From the NCBI RefSeq assembly GCF_000143415.4, contig NW_003314285.1, forward strand, positions 1,685,471 to 1,749,470: a stretch of 64,000 nt of DNA. The letters run 5' to 3'. The notes under the pieces were generated by a model, which saw only the letters and a list, made by a program, of their open reading frames with translations, was not told the origin of the DNA and searched no databases. The position numbers were made by a program, and so were the translations under genes. Shown piece after piece: positions 1 through 9,909 of this stretch; the stretch's first letter is position 1, and each line of letters begins with the position of its first letter. The DNA comes from Selaginella moellendorffii. Taxonomy: Eukaryota > Plantae > Lycopodiophyta.

Positions 1-867
1 AGAGCTGTTTTTAATTAGCATTGAATCAAAGTTCATAACAATGAGATTGTGAGTATTGTTATTCCTGATAGCAGAACATTTTCCAGCCGACACCACCATT
101 TTTGGCTTCACCAGCAACATTTAGGACATCTTATTTAAGTGCTTCTCACTTCAGTGCCATGATCTTTTTGGTTGTTAGGTTTACCCTCTACTAACAATAA
201 TCAACTCCTGTCTACAGGTTACTAGTATACATCCAAAAATCTTTGCTTTTTGCCCCTGCTATTTGCCTCCTGCTATTTGCCTTTTGCTGAAATATTGGCC
301 TTTGCTTGGATATAGTAGAATATTTTCCACACACCACCATCTTATGCCTTCAAAACAAAACAAACAATGTGGGGAAGTCTTCACACTCATCCTTTGCCAA
401 AACCCTCACCCAGGCTTGTTGGTTTCCCCACCAACAACCTTGCAAACTCCAAATACTGTGCCATATCAGTCAAGATACGATTAGGCACAATACCGAGTGA
501 AATTTTCAATGTGATCATGTGGAAGAAAACCTGAAGCAAGATTAAACATAAGCAAGTTCATGGCGTGCTGGAGAAAGTGGATTGTTAGCTGCTCCATGTT
601 GAGCTCTAAATGCCTAAACTCAGAATCTGCAACTGATGAAGAAGACTTGTTATCCGAGATGCACTCCTGAAAATTTAACTCGCGAAGTAGCTGAGAGAAC
701 TGTCCACGAGCCTGACCTAATGAAATAGTTTGTGCCTTGTACTCCACTGAGCTACTTGTTTTTTGCACTGGCATGGACCACAAAAGCCCAGATGCCTAAT
801 AAGAAAACTGTAGCTGCGACTTACCTCTACTTTGATAAGCACGCCTGTTTGAAAATTATCAAACTAA

Positions 868-980
868 ACCATATCAACATGCCAAGAATGCATAAGAAAC
901 CCAGCTACCTCAGCTTAGCGTGCAAACCTTTCTATACATGTTGAACGCGATTGCAAGCAGCTTGTCTGGCTCAAAATGTT
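868..980 (-). pseudogene. Duplicated fragment (intron plus exon end) of the neighbouring mRNA capping enzyme gene
   Basis: atcaacatgccaagaatgcataagaaacc...cagcttagcgtgcaaacctttctatacatgttgaacgcg...ttgcaagcagcttgtc closely matches 2015-2110 (the KPLANAFNTYRK exon and adjacent intron). Confidence 0.85.
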
Positions 981-1049
981 GGCATGTTGGCTTGGCATTT
1001 GCTTCGGCTCACCATAGCGCACTCCAATTCCCACATTGTTGTAGCCAAC

Positions 1050-1720
1050 GAGCTCATTGATCAAAAGATATGGCCTCTACAAAGTGGCTGCGAAAGATTT
1101 GCCAAGTTACAAAGCAGAGAATAGATTCTTTTTCTTGGGTGAGATCTGTCAAGAGTCTTTCGTGTTTTGCTAGAACCGAATGATAGGAAAGCGGCAGTAA
1201 ACTTGCGAGAGCTCAAGACTGTCAACTTTCACATTCAACGCATATATTGATGAGCAAGAGATTTTTTGGTGATGCTTCCAGAAGTAGACAAAAAATCCAT
1301 AGAGTCCCAGAGATCTATACTCCAGAGCTTAAGCATGGGTGCCAAGTTCCACATTACTGAGTTTATTCCAGCCTACCTTGAGTGGCATCCGTCAATTCAA
1401 GAAGCTATATGAGATTCAAGACAATTCTTGCAGAAAATACTCAAGGAGCATAAGGAATCACGTCAGGGTCCCAAGGATTTCATGGGTGTCATGCTAGAGA
1501 ACTCATACTAGAGGAAGGCTCTGGAGGGGAAGACGTTGTCAAAGCAATTATAACAGAGCATAGAAAATTATCAAACTAGACCAAATCATTGTCCTGGACT
1601 GGAGACAACAATGCTTGGCACTAGTCCCAGCTTCAGATACATGATTGGCCGACACTTCCGGAAGAGTGCTTGCAGAGATCTGTGTGCTGCAAATAATTGT
1701 CAACTTGATATTCAAAGATT
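1050..1720 (+). pseudogene. Degenerate cytochrome P450 fragment (CYP71-clan-like)
   Basis: Manual translation across broken frames gives AVNLREL, ILMSKRFFGD, FHITEFIPAYLEW, FLQKILKEHK, KDFMGVML and GLETT (I-helix-like), with several stops and frameshifts. Boundaries are approximate. Confidence 0.65.
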
Positions 1721-1897
1721 CTGCTACACGAACACGTGAAAACAATGAGAACTGAATATGATCTAATTACGTGTTGAGTCTCCACTTTGAGAGGAAACTT
1801 CATGGTAATCAACACCATTCTTTTAACTACTAAGCTTTTGGTTGAACAACATAAATGTATAGTTTCTCCTCCATCTGCGCGGACAAGTCAGCTAAAC

Positions 1898-4629
1898 TTA
1901 CTTCAGAAACTGTTTGTCCTTTTCTTTGTACATGGGGAGCTTGACCGTTCTGTCGATCTCCTCAACTAGCTCTTCCTGTGTGATGTTGTCCTTGATGCTA
2001 TTGAATACCTGAGATCAACATGCCAAGAATGCGTAAGAAACCCCGCTGGCTCAGCTTAGCGCGCAAACCTTTCTATACGTGTTGAACGCGTTTGCAAGCG
2101 GCTTGTCCGGCCTCAATCGCATGAATTCCCAGGATTGCCTCTCGTTGTTCCACGAGCACTCGATCACCTTGTTCTCCAGCGTCGAGGGATCAACCGAGTC
2201 TGTCAAGCCGAGAATCAGGATCGCCGCGCACTTGCCAGGCGACTTACCATCAAAACTTACTGAAGCTCCCGGGAGCACTTGATGATTTCCTTTCTCTAAC
2301 AGCGACAAAGTAAAAGTATCCCCTGATCTCTGAAAGCAAACATCCCAAAACTTAGAACGTGATAGAGACAGTCATTAGCGTCCCACCTGGAGGTAAAAAT
2401 CCACTGAGTTTAAACTGGGAAACTTCCACTTCAGTAAACTATCTGACGTTCGGCAAACATATGGCATCTCAAATCCCTGCATTGCGAAAACGAGCTTGTG
2501 TCGGCCGACAAGTATGATCAAGTTACAAACCTGGAAGATGAGTCCATCTGATCGGTGCGAAAGACCGGGAATGAGCTTCTGGAAAAGCAGTTTTGTGCTC
2601 GAAAGGGGCCAAAAGTTTTTCCTACGGACCTGGAAAAAAACCAAGCGAAGCAGGTGAAGCACAAACATGGTCCCAAAGGTTCCATACTCTGAATTCTTCA
2701 TCCTTGTAAAGATAGCCACTTGAGCCCGCGTCATTGTGTCTGGGCCTTATAACGTCCGATTCTATCCCATGAAATCTTTGCGAGAAGGGTTTCTGCAAAA
2801 GTCAACCAGGCTAAATAGCTCCACGAACAATCGGACGAACCTTGACGAGTGACTCGGCGTTAACGACCATCATGTCATATATGAGGTACCTCCTCTCCAG
2901 TTTCCCCGTCTCTGGATGTTTGTCAATCACCATTTCTCCGTCTAGGAGCGTCATATGATGCACGGGCAAAGGAGAGTCCTAAACAAAATGGAGAGTAGAA
3001 TAGTCTCAACCAACTTAGCAATTCCACACCTTTCGAGGATGAGGAAACCGCATCTGGATTCTCCTAAACTCAAACTTCCTATCAATAAGGTAGCAGCCAT
3101 AAGAAAGTATGAGCATCATGTATCTGGTTCCATCCGCTTTCCACGTTGCAAAATAGTAATGTTGTTTCAGCAGTTGAAGCTTGCTCCTGCCCAGGCCTTG
3201 TAAGAATCAGATACATAACAAGAAAGGGGCATACCTGTCCAGCGACACGGGATGTGAGCCTGGAAAAGACAAGTTTCTGGATTGTGAAGCCTGGAGGTTG
3301 AAGTCGAACAGATCAGCTGAAGAATTCCGATGGCTTACCAGGTCAAGCAACGACAGACACAATCGTTGGAGTTCGATTTGCTCCTCACTTGAAATTGCAT
3401 CGCCAAGAACATCATCGTTTGTCATTGGAGCAGCGTTTTCTTGCCGGTCTAGCGTAGGGTCGTCCTCCTCGTCATCGCCGTCATCATCATCGACGGTACC
3501 ATTCAAATCGAGCCTTTTCCAATCAGGAACAGCAGGAGCAGCGAAAGGAGTGGGGTCGTGGTAGAGCGCATATAATTTCCGAATGTAGCTCTTTTTATAG
3601 ATACCGGGAGGCCTTGCAGCGGCGAATTTTGCGAGAGCCTACACGGAAAGAAATCAGAGTTCCGAATGCGAGACAAAAATAAAAACAATAAGCACACCTG
3701 AGTCACGGGGAGGCCGCAATAGCGAACGAGATAGTTGACAATCATGTACCCGGTCCTGTTAAATCCGTGCGTGCAGTGAACGAGGACGCGTGAGGTCTTG
3801 GATCTTTGAAGGTAGCGATGTGTCTAAGCGCAACAGTTACACCGGCATTACGCCATAGAAAACAGAATCACATACCTCATAGACAAAAGTATTTACAGCC
3901 TCAGCGTCAGGGACTTCGTTCCTACCTTTGCATGGAATCTAAGCAGTGAGCAAGACGATGTAATACACAAAAGCAAGAAAAAGCAGCTTACTTTGAAATG
4001 GCTGAGACCAGCTCTCGTCACTTCGTTCGCGGAGTAGTATCTGGTCGTGTTGGTGAGATCGATTATCAAACCAACATCCTTGTGCTGTCGTAGGATACGC
4101 TTCCAGCTATATCGCTTCCCCGGCTCTATGGCAGCATTGTAGGCCTCCCCAAGAAAGACTTTAGATGGGACAAACCTGAGAACAGGCTCGCCAAATGGAG
4201 GACAATCGATCCAGCCTAAGGAAAACCAAATGAAAACGAAACCAAGAACAAAAAATCTGAGTGGTACCCTTGGGAATCAAAGGAATCGAAGAAGCAGCAT
4301 ACTGTTGCTGCGGTGGGGGCGGAGCTGGAGCTGCTGGAGCCCGGCGGGGTTTCTCGGGTTGTATAGAAGCGTTCTCAAGCTTTCGTTTCAGCCTCGCCCT
4401 TCGTTCCTCGCGCTCCTGGGCGAGACAAGGGATTCTCAATTCGATATTTTAATCTCTCTCTCTCATTTACCCGCCGATACGTCTCCACGCCCGTCTCGAC
4501 GCGGCCATCCTCCTCCGCCGCCTCCTCCTCCTCTGGATTCTCTTCCGCCGCCGCTTCAATTTCCTCCTGCAATGCAACCTGGCATTCCTCCTCCTCCTCC
4601 GTCTCCTCTGGCAGCACGTTGAGATCCAT
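1898..4629 (-). CDS. Bifunctional mRNA capping enzyme (RNA triphosphatase plus guanylyltransferase), multi-exon
   Basis: Starts MDLNVLPEE at 4629. Phosphatase motif VHCTHGFNRTGY at about 3745-3790, GTase motif I ATWKADGTRYM at about 3120-3160, plus SDGLIFQ, LLKWK and RPDKPLANAFNT. Many short GT-AG introns; the 3' end is approximate. Confidence 0.93.
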
Positions 4630-4633
4630 CCAC

Positions 4634-4658
4634 AAACCCTAAATCCCAAGAACCCTAA
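4634..4658. promoter_or_regulatory. Telo-box-like elements just upstream of the capping enzyme start
   Basis: aaaccctaa and aaccctaa lie immediately upstream of the ATG at 4629. Confidence 0.5.
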
Positions 4659-4774
4659 AATAGATTAATGCCCAAGGGAAAAATAGGATCTCCAAAGGTA
4701 TATTCCAGGATATTCGCCCTTCTTCCTCGCGATAGTTTCCGGTGTTCTCGGAGCGCCCAAAACTTCCACTGTGC

Positions 4775-4876
4775 GATCGACCACTTCCCTGGAGACTCAC
4801 ACACGATGGATCGACCATTTTCACGATGAATCGACCATGGTTTCGACCATTTCCACGATGGTTTCGATCGACCAGT
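4775..4876. repeat. Imperfect short tandem repeat (TCGACCA x5, CACGATG x3)
   Basis: TCGACCA at 4777, 4811, 4831, 4843 and 4868, between the PPR stop and the capping enzyme start. Confidence 0.75.
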
Positions 4877-4877
4877 T

Positions 4878-7562
4878 TCAAGTGAATTCCAGCGCCCTCC
4901 ATCCAAGCGCCTTCTCCACTCTCTCCACGCCGTCCCAGTGCCCCGCGGCCGCGAAGATGTTCCACAGCAGCACATACGGCACCTGGTCGCTCGCGTCCAG
5001 GCCGAAAACGAGCTCCGCCGCTCGGATCCCGCGCTTCAAGTCCCCCTGAGTCGTGCAAGCCCCCAGCAGCGACGTGACGATCACGTTGTCCGGCTGGAAC
5101 GGCAGGCCGCGAACCAGCTCCTCGGCCTCGTCCAGCCTCCCGGAGCGAGCTAGGAGATCGATCACGCACGAGAAGTGCTCCTGGCCGGGCGTCAGGCCAT
5201 AGTCTCGCTGCATCGCGAACAAGTAGCTCTTGGACTCGCGCACGAACCCGAGGTGGCTGCAAGCGAAGAGCACCCCCAGGAACGTAACTTCGTTTGGCTC
5301 CGTGTAGTCCTGCTGCATCAGCCGGAAGAGCTCCAGTCCTTCCATGCCGTGCCCGTTGGAAGCATACGTTGCCAGCAGCGATGACCAAGTTACCACGTCC
5401 CGGACGATCATCTTGTCGAACAGCCCCCTCGCGGTTCCAACTTGTCCACACTTCCCATACATGTTTACCAGCGTGTTGCCGATGATGAGGTCCAGGTCGA
5501 GGCCGGAAGCAACCACACTGGCGTGGATTCTCCTCCCTTCTTCCAGGCAGGGCTTGCAGGCGCAGCAGTCGATTGCCACCACGAACGTCACGCGGTCGGG
5601 CTTCACCTCCTTCTCGGCCTCGAGCCGCTGGAACAGCACCAGTGCCTCGCCAAATTCGCCTTGCAAAGCGTAAGCTTTCATGATCCCGTTCCAGGTGATG
5701 ACGTTCCGGCGGCTCATGCTCTCAAACACGGCTCTCGCGTCGGCCGAGGTCCCACTCTTGGCGTACATGGACAGCAGCGTGTTGCACACAACCACGTCGG
5801 TCTTGACGGCTTCGCTGCTGTCGGCTAGAGACTTGTGAATCGCCTTTCCATCCGCTAGAGACTTCACGTTGGCACACGACTGCAAAGCGATGCTGAAGAT
5901 GACTGTGTCGGGCTGTAGTTCGTCGGAGAGAACCATCTCGTGAAAGAGCTGGATGACTTCCCGGTCGTCGCCATTGTTGCCGTAGGCCCGAAACATCGCC
6001 GTCCAGGAGGCCATGTCCCGCTCTCGGAGTTTGTCAAAGGCTGCTCGAGCTAGCCGGACTTCACCACACCTACTGTAGAAGTTGACGAGCGTGTTACCGA
6101 CTTGAGGTGCCGTTTCTTCGCTCCAGAGAATGCAGGAATGAATTCCCTTCCCGGCTGATAGATCCCCCAGTTCCGCACAAGCATCCAGAGCTATCTTCAA
6201 CGTCACCTGATTCGGCTTTCCTCCCTCCAAGCACATCTCTCTGTACAAAGCCAGAGCTTCTCCGGAGAATCCCGTCTCAACGTAAACAGAGATCATGGCT
6301 GTCCACGAGATCACGTCTCTCATCGGCATCTGGTCGAAGATAATCCTGGCATCCTCCGGACGACCACACCTCCCATAGAAGTTCGTAAGAGCGTTGTTGA
6401 CGCAAACAGCTCTCGAGTCCGAGCAACCGAGGCTGTCATGAATCGCCTTGCCAAACTCTAGTGCCTTCGCGTGCGCACAGGCGTCGAGAGCACTGGAGAA
6501 GCTCACGCAGTCAGCCTCGACACCTTCGATGTCCATCTTTTGGAACGTCTCGAGGGCTTCCTTCACGTATCCGCTGTGAGCGTAAGCCAGGATCATGATA
6601 TTCCATGCCACGAACGAAGGACTGTCCATCGTCGCAAACATGGTCTTGGCATCGTCTAGGCTCCGGCACTTCCAGTACATGTTGAGGATGCTGTTCTCGA
6701 GAACTGTGTCGGGTTTGACGCCACCTTTGTCAATCCTAGCGTGGATCATTCTACCCTGTTCTAAGTCTTGCGAGCTCGCACAAGCCTCGATAGCACCGAC
6801 GTACGTTATCTTGTCCGGCGTCCAGTCCATGTCGTTGTAGAGCTCGAGAGCTTCCTTCCCACGACCATTCTGCGCGTAAGCCGATATGATCGAGTTCCAA
6901 GTCACCACATCTTTCTTCTTCATCTCGTTGAAAACGCTTCTGGCCGCGTCCAAGTCCCTGCATTTGCCATACATGTGAATCAGAGAGTTTCCAACAAGAC
7001 TGGAATCGAAAAAACCACAAGGAACAAGGAAATTGTGAAGAGCCTTACCGCGTCTGGGATCTCCGAGTATGGCGCACGCATTGATAGCGACGACGAAGGT
7101 GATGGCGTTGGCCTTGATCCCCTCCAGAGCCATTTTGCTGAAGAACACCAGCGCCTCATCCAAATGCCCGTTTTGGGCATATGCAGTGATGAGAATCGTC
7201 CAGGAGTAGAGGTTTGGAAGCGCGATCCGGGCGAAGCAATCCCACGCCTCGGGCAAGCTCCCACACTTACCATACATCTCCACCAGCAAGTTCTCGAGGT
7301 ATCTTTCACCCTGGTAGCCGCGTCTCACCATGTGTTCGTGGATCTTCCGGCCCTCTGGGAGAGCGCCCTGGATCCCACATTGCCGGAGTAGAGCCGCGAA
7401 TTCGTCCGACTCCACCCTCGAGCCCTGGTCTAACCTGTGGAGAGCGCTCTCCAGATCGTCTTGATCGGATGATACTACTGCGACGGGCGCCAGGGATTCC
7501 AAGAATGCCGGCGCGCGCCTCGGTCGATCCAGATGCCGCAGCTTGAATCGCCATAGTACCAT
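4878..7562 (-). CDS. PLS-class pentatricopeptide repeat protein with E domain, no DYW (organellar RNA editing factor)
   Basis: 894-aa intronless ORF with repeated LVxMYxKC / VVTWN / PNxVTF P-L-S motifs and E-domain signatures HFSCVIDLLARSG, LLGAC and PYVLLWNIFAAAGHW. It ends without a DYW domain. Confidence 0.95.
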   Translation of the reverse strand: MVLWRFKLRHLDRPRRAPAFLESLAPVAVVSSDQDDLESALHRLDQGSRVESDEFAALLRQCGIQGALPEGRKIHEHMVRRGYQGERYLENLLVEMYGKCGSLPEAWDCFARIALPNLYSWTILITAYAQNGHLDEALVFFSKMALEGIKANAITFVVAINACAILGDPRRGKALHNFLVPCGFFDSSLVGNSLIHMYGKCRDLDAARSVFNEMKKKDVVTWNSIISAYAQNGRGKEALELYNDMDWTPDKITYVGAIEACASSQDLEQGRMIHARIDKGGVKPDTVLENSILNMYWKCRSLDDAKTMFATMDSPSFVAWNIMILAYAHSGYVKEALETFQKMDIEGVEADCVSFSSALDACAHAKALEFGKAIHDSLGCSDSRAVCVNNALTNFYGRCGRPEDARIIFDQMPMRDVISWTAMISVYVETGFSGEALALYREMCLEGGKPNQVTLKIALDACAELGDLSAGKGIHSCILWSEETAPQVGNTLVNFYSRCGEVRLARAAFDKLRERDMASWTAMFRAYGNNGDDREVIQLFHEMVLSDELQPDTVIFSIALQSCANVKSLADGKAIHKSLADSSEAVKTDVVVCNTLLSMYAKSGTSADARAVFESMSRRNVITWNGIMKAYALQGEFGEALVLFQRLEAEKEVKPDRVTFVVAIDCCACKPCLEEGRRIHASVVASGLDLDLIIGNTLVNMYGKCGQVGTARGLFDKMIVRDVVTWSSLLATYASNGHGMEGLELFRLMQQDYTEPNEVTFLGVLFACSHLGFVRESKSYLFAMQRDYGLTPGQEHFSCVIDLLARSGRLDEAEELVRGLPFQPDNVIVTSLLGACTTQGDLKRGIRAAELVFGLDASDQVPYVLLWNIFAAAGHWDGVERVEKALGWRALEFT

Positions 7563-7612
7563 AAACCCTAGCTCGTCGATCGACCAGATGCCGCCACGAT
7601 CGAGCTTCTTCG
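7563..7612. promoter_or_regulatory. 50-bp spacer between divergent PPR ORFs containing a telo-box
   Basis: Start codons at 7562 (-) and 7613 (+). AAACCCTAG at 7563-7571. Confidence 0.55.
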
Positions 7613-9754
7613 ATGCTCGTGAGAAGAAATCTTGTCAAGAGGAGCATCCACTGCTCTGTCTCGAAATATCGGCATCGCGGCGACCAAGAGACAATCGATC
7701 TGGCCGCCCTGGACACGGCTCACCCGGATTCCCTGAAAGACCTCTGCTCGTCTCTGATCAAGCGCTGCGGAAGATCCAAGAACCTAGCCGATGGCCGGCG
7801 GATTCACCACCGCCTGGCCAGGAATTCGCAGCTGGATCGCTTCCTTGCGAATCTACTGATCGAAATGTATGGCAAATGCGGCAGCGTCGGCGATGCCCGG
7901 CGCGTGTTCGATGAAATCGGCGACCGAAAGAACATCTACTCGTGGACGATTATGATCGCCGCGGCCGCGAGCAACGGATCCAAGCACCTGGCGATGCAAA
8001 TCTTCCGCGAGATGGATCTCCAGGGAGTGAGCCCCAACCACATAACCTACGTGGTTGCCCTAGAGGCGTGCTCGAGCTTGATAGAGGGCCGACATTTGTA
8101 CGACTGCATGGTCGCGGATGAGACACTGGCCAGAGACCATATTCTCGGCAATGCGCTTATAACAATGTACGGAAGATTCCAGCGGCTAGACGAAGCATTT
8201 TCTATCTTTAAAGAAAGGTTGGAGAAAGACGTTGTTACTTGGAACGCAATGGTAGCAGCATTTGCCCAGAATGGGTATTTTGACAGGGCAATGGATTTGT
8301 TTAAAAGTATGGATCTAAAACCCGACGCTGTAACATTTCTGGGTCTGATAGCTGGAGTAGAGAGATTAGAACAGGGTTTAGCTGTCCACACGAAGATTTT
8401 GGCGAACAAGTCGATAGATCTGAGACGAGAAACCAATCTGAGCAACTCGCTAATCAGTATGTATGGGAGGTTTTGTTGTATTGGCGAGGCTAGAAAATGT
8501 TTTAGCAACTTAAAGGATAAAGATGTTGTATCGTGGAATGCGATGCTTTTGGCAAATGCCCAAAGTGGGGATTACATGAACGTTTTGGAGCTGTACCAGG
8601 CGATGGACTTGGAGCCAGACCAGCGAACTTTTCTGGCAGCTCTCGATGCCTGTGCAAACTTAACAGCGATCCAGCAAGGAAGAGAGGTTCACTCTCGAAT
8701 CTCTCGACATCACAATCTCGACACGGATGTTCTCGTTGGCAACTCGCTCATCTACATGTATGCCAAGTTTGGATGTGTCGAAGACGCAAGGCTCGTATTT
8801 GATAGAATCCACAACAAAGACGTGATCTCCTGGACTGCGATCATCGCTGCTCACTGCCAAAACGGCTACCCGATAGAATCACTGGAACTCTTTGTGGAGA
8901 TGCAGCAGCAGGGAATCAAGCCGGATCTCATCACCTATGGATGTGTTCTATCGGCTTGTAGCTATGCAGGCCTGGTCTATAGATCTGGCGTCCTCTTTCT
9001 CGGCATTTCAAGCGACTATGGCCTCACTCCAAATGCCGATAACTTCTCCACCATGGTTGACGTCTTGAGCCGAGCAGGATGGCTGGAACACGCAGAAGAA
9101 CTCATCCGAACCATGCCTTTTCTTCCGGATCCAGTGACTTGGACGATGCTGCTTGGAGCATGCAAGGTTCACGGGGACGTGGATCGAGCAAAACGCATAG
9201 CCGAGGCGGTCTGTAAGTCGCAGTCCAAAGGGCAAGCTTCCGGAGATCACGTACTTCTCTCGAATCTCTTCGCCGCTGCCAAGAAGTGGGACGACGTCAA
9301 GGACACTCGCAAGAGAATGGAGAGGAGCGGCGTGAGAAAGCAACCCGGGCGGAGCTGGATCGAGATCGATGGCAAGATCCACGAGTTCTTGGTGGGAGAC
9401 ACGAGCCACAATAGGTGGGAAGAGATCCACGCCAAGCTTCTCGAGCTGGGCGACGCGATCGCGAAAGCGGGGTATGTTCCAAGCACCGAGGAGGTCTTGC
9501 ATGACATCGAGGACGCGAGCAAGAGCAAGCTTTTGGGATACCACAGCGAAAAGGTGGCGATCGCGTTTGGGGTGTTGTCGACGCCGCATGGAACACCGCT
9601 GAGGGTGATGAAGAACTTGAGAATGTGCTGCGATTGTCACGCTGCCGCGAAGATGATCTCCAAAGTCACGGGGCGCGAGATCATTGTCCGCGACGCAAAC
9701 CGCTTCCACAAGTTCGTGAGCCTTGGAGAGTGCACTTGTCGGGACTTTTGGTAG
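7613..9754 (+). CDS. PLS-class PPR protein with E and DYW cytidine deaminase domain (ends DFW)
   Basis: 713-aa ORF with PG box KQPGRSWIE, zinc motifs HSEKVA and CCDCH, and C-terminus RDANRFHKF...CTCRDFW. Confidence 0.96.
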   Translation: MLVRRNLVKRSIHCSVSKYRHRGDQETIDLAALDTAHPDSLKDLCSSLIKRCGRSKNLADGRRIHHRLARNSQLDRFLANLLIEMYGKCGSVGDARRVFDEIGDRKNIYSWTIMIAAAASNGSKHLAMQIFREMDLQGVSPNHITYVVALEACSSLIEGRHLYDCMVADETLARDHILGNALITMYGRFQRLDEAFSIFKERLEKDVVTWNAMVAAFAQNGYFDRAMDLFKSMDLKPDAVTFLGLIAGVERLEQGLAVHTKILANKSIDLRRETNLSNSLISMYGRFCCIGEARKCFSNLKDKDVVSWNAMLLANAQSGDYMNVLELYQAMDLEPDQRTFLAALDACANLTAIQQGREVHSRISRHHNLDTDVLVGNSLIYMYAKFGCVEDARLVFDRIHNKDVISWTAIIAAHCQNGYPIESLELFVEMQQQGIKPDLITYGCVLSACSYAGLVYRSGVLFLGISSDYGLTPNADNFSTMVDVLSRAGWLEHAEELIRTMPFLPDPVTWTMLLGACKVHGDVDRAKRIAEAVCKSQSKGQASGDHVLLSNLFAAAKKWDDVKDTRKRMERSGVRKQPGRSWIEIDGKIHEFLVGDTSHNRWEEIHAKLLELGDAIAKAGYVPSTEEVLHDIEDASKSKLLGYHSEKVAIAFGVLSTPHGTPLRVMKNLRMCCDCHAAAKMISKVTGREIIVRDANRFHKFVSLGECTCRDFW

Positions 9755-9909
9755 TTTTTTACTTTGCAAAACTTTTCGAGGTTTTGCCATGTGTGACGAG
9801 AAACAGGCCAAACTTGCATAGCTGTGACGGGATCTCCAAAGCGGTCAAAGAATGGCGACAGATTTCTTTCTGTTTTAAAAACTGGCGTTAGTTAACCTTT
9901 ACTGGATCA

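Noticed and set aside
1875-1901. Extra 3' intron in the capping enzyme gene (GTAAGT...CAG)
   Set aside because: It would be only 27 nt, shorter than the other introns here, so the in-frame TAA was used as the stop.
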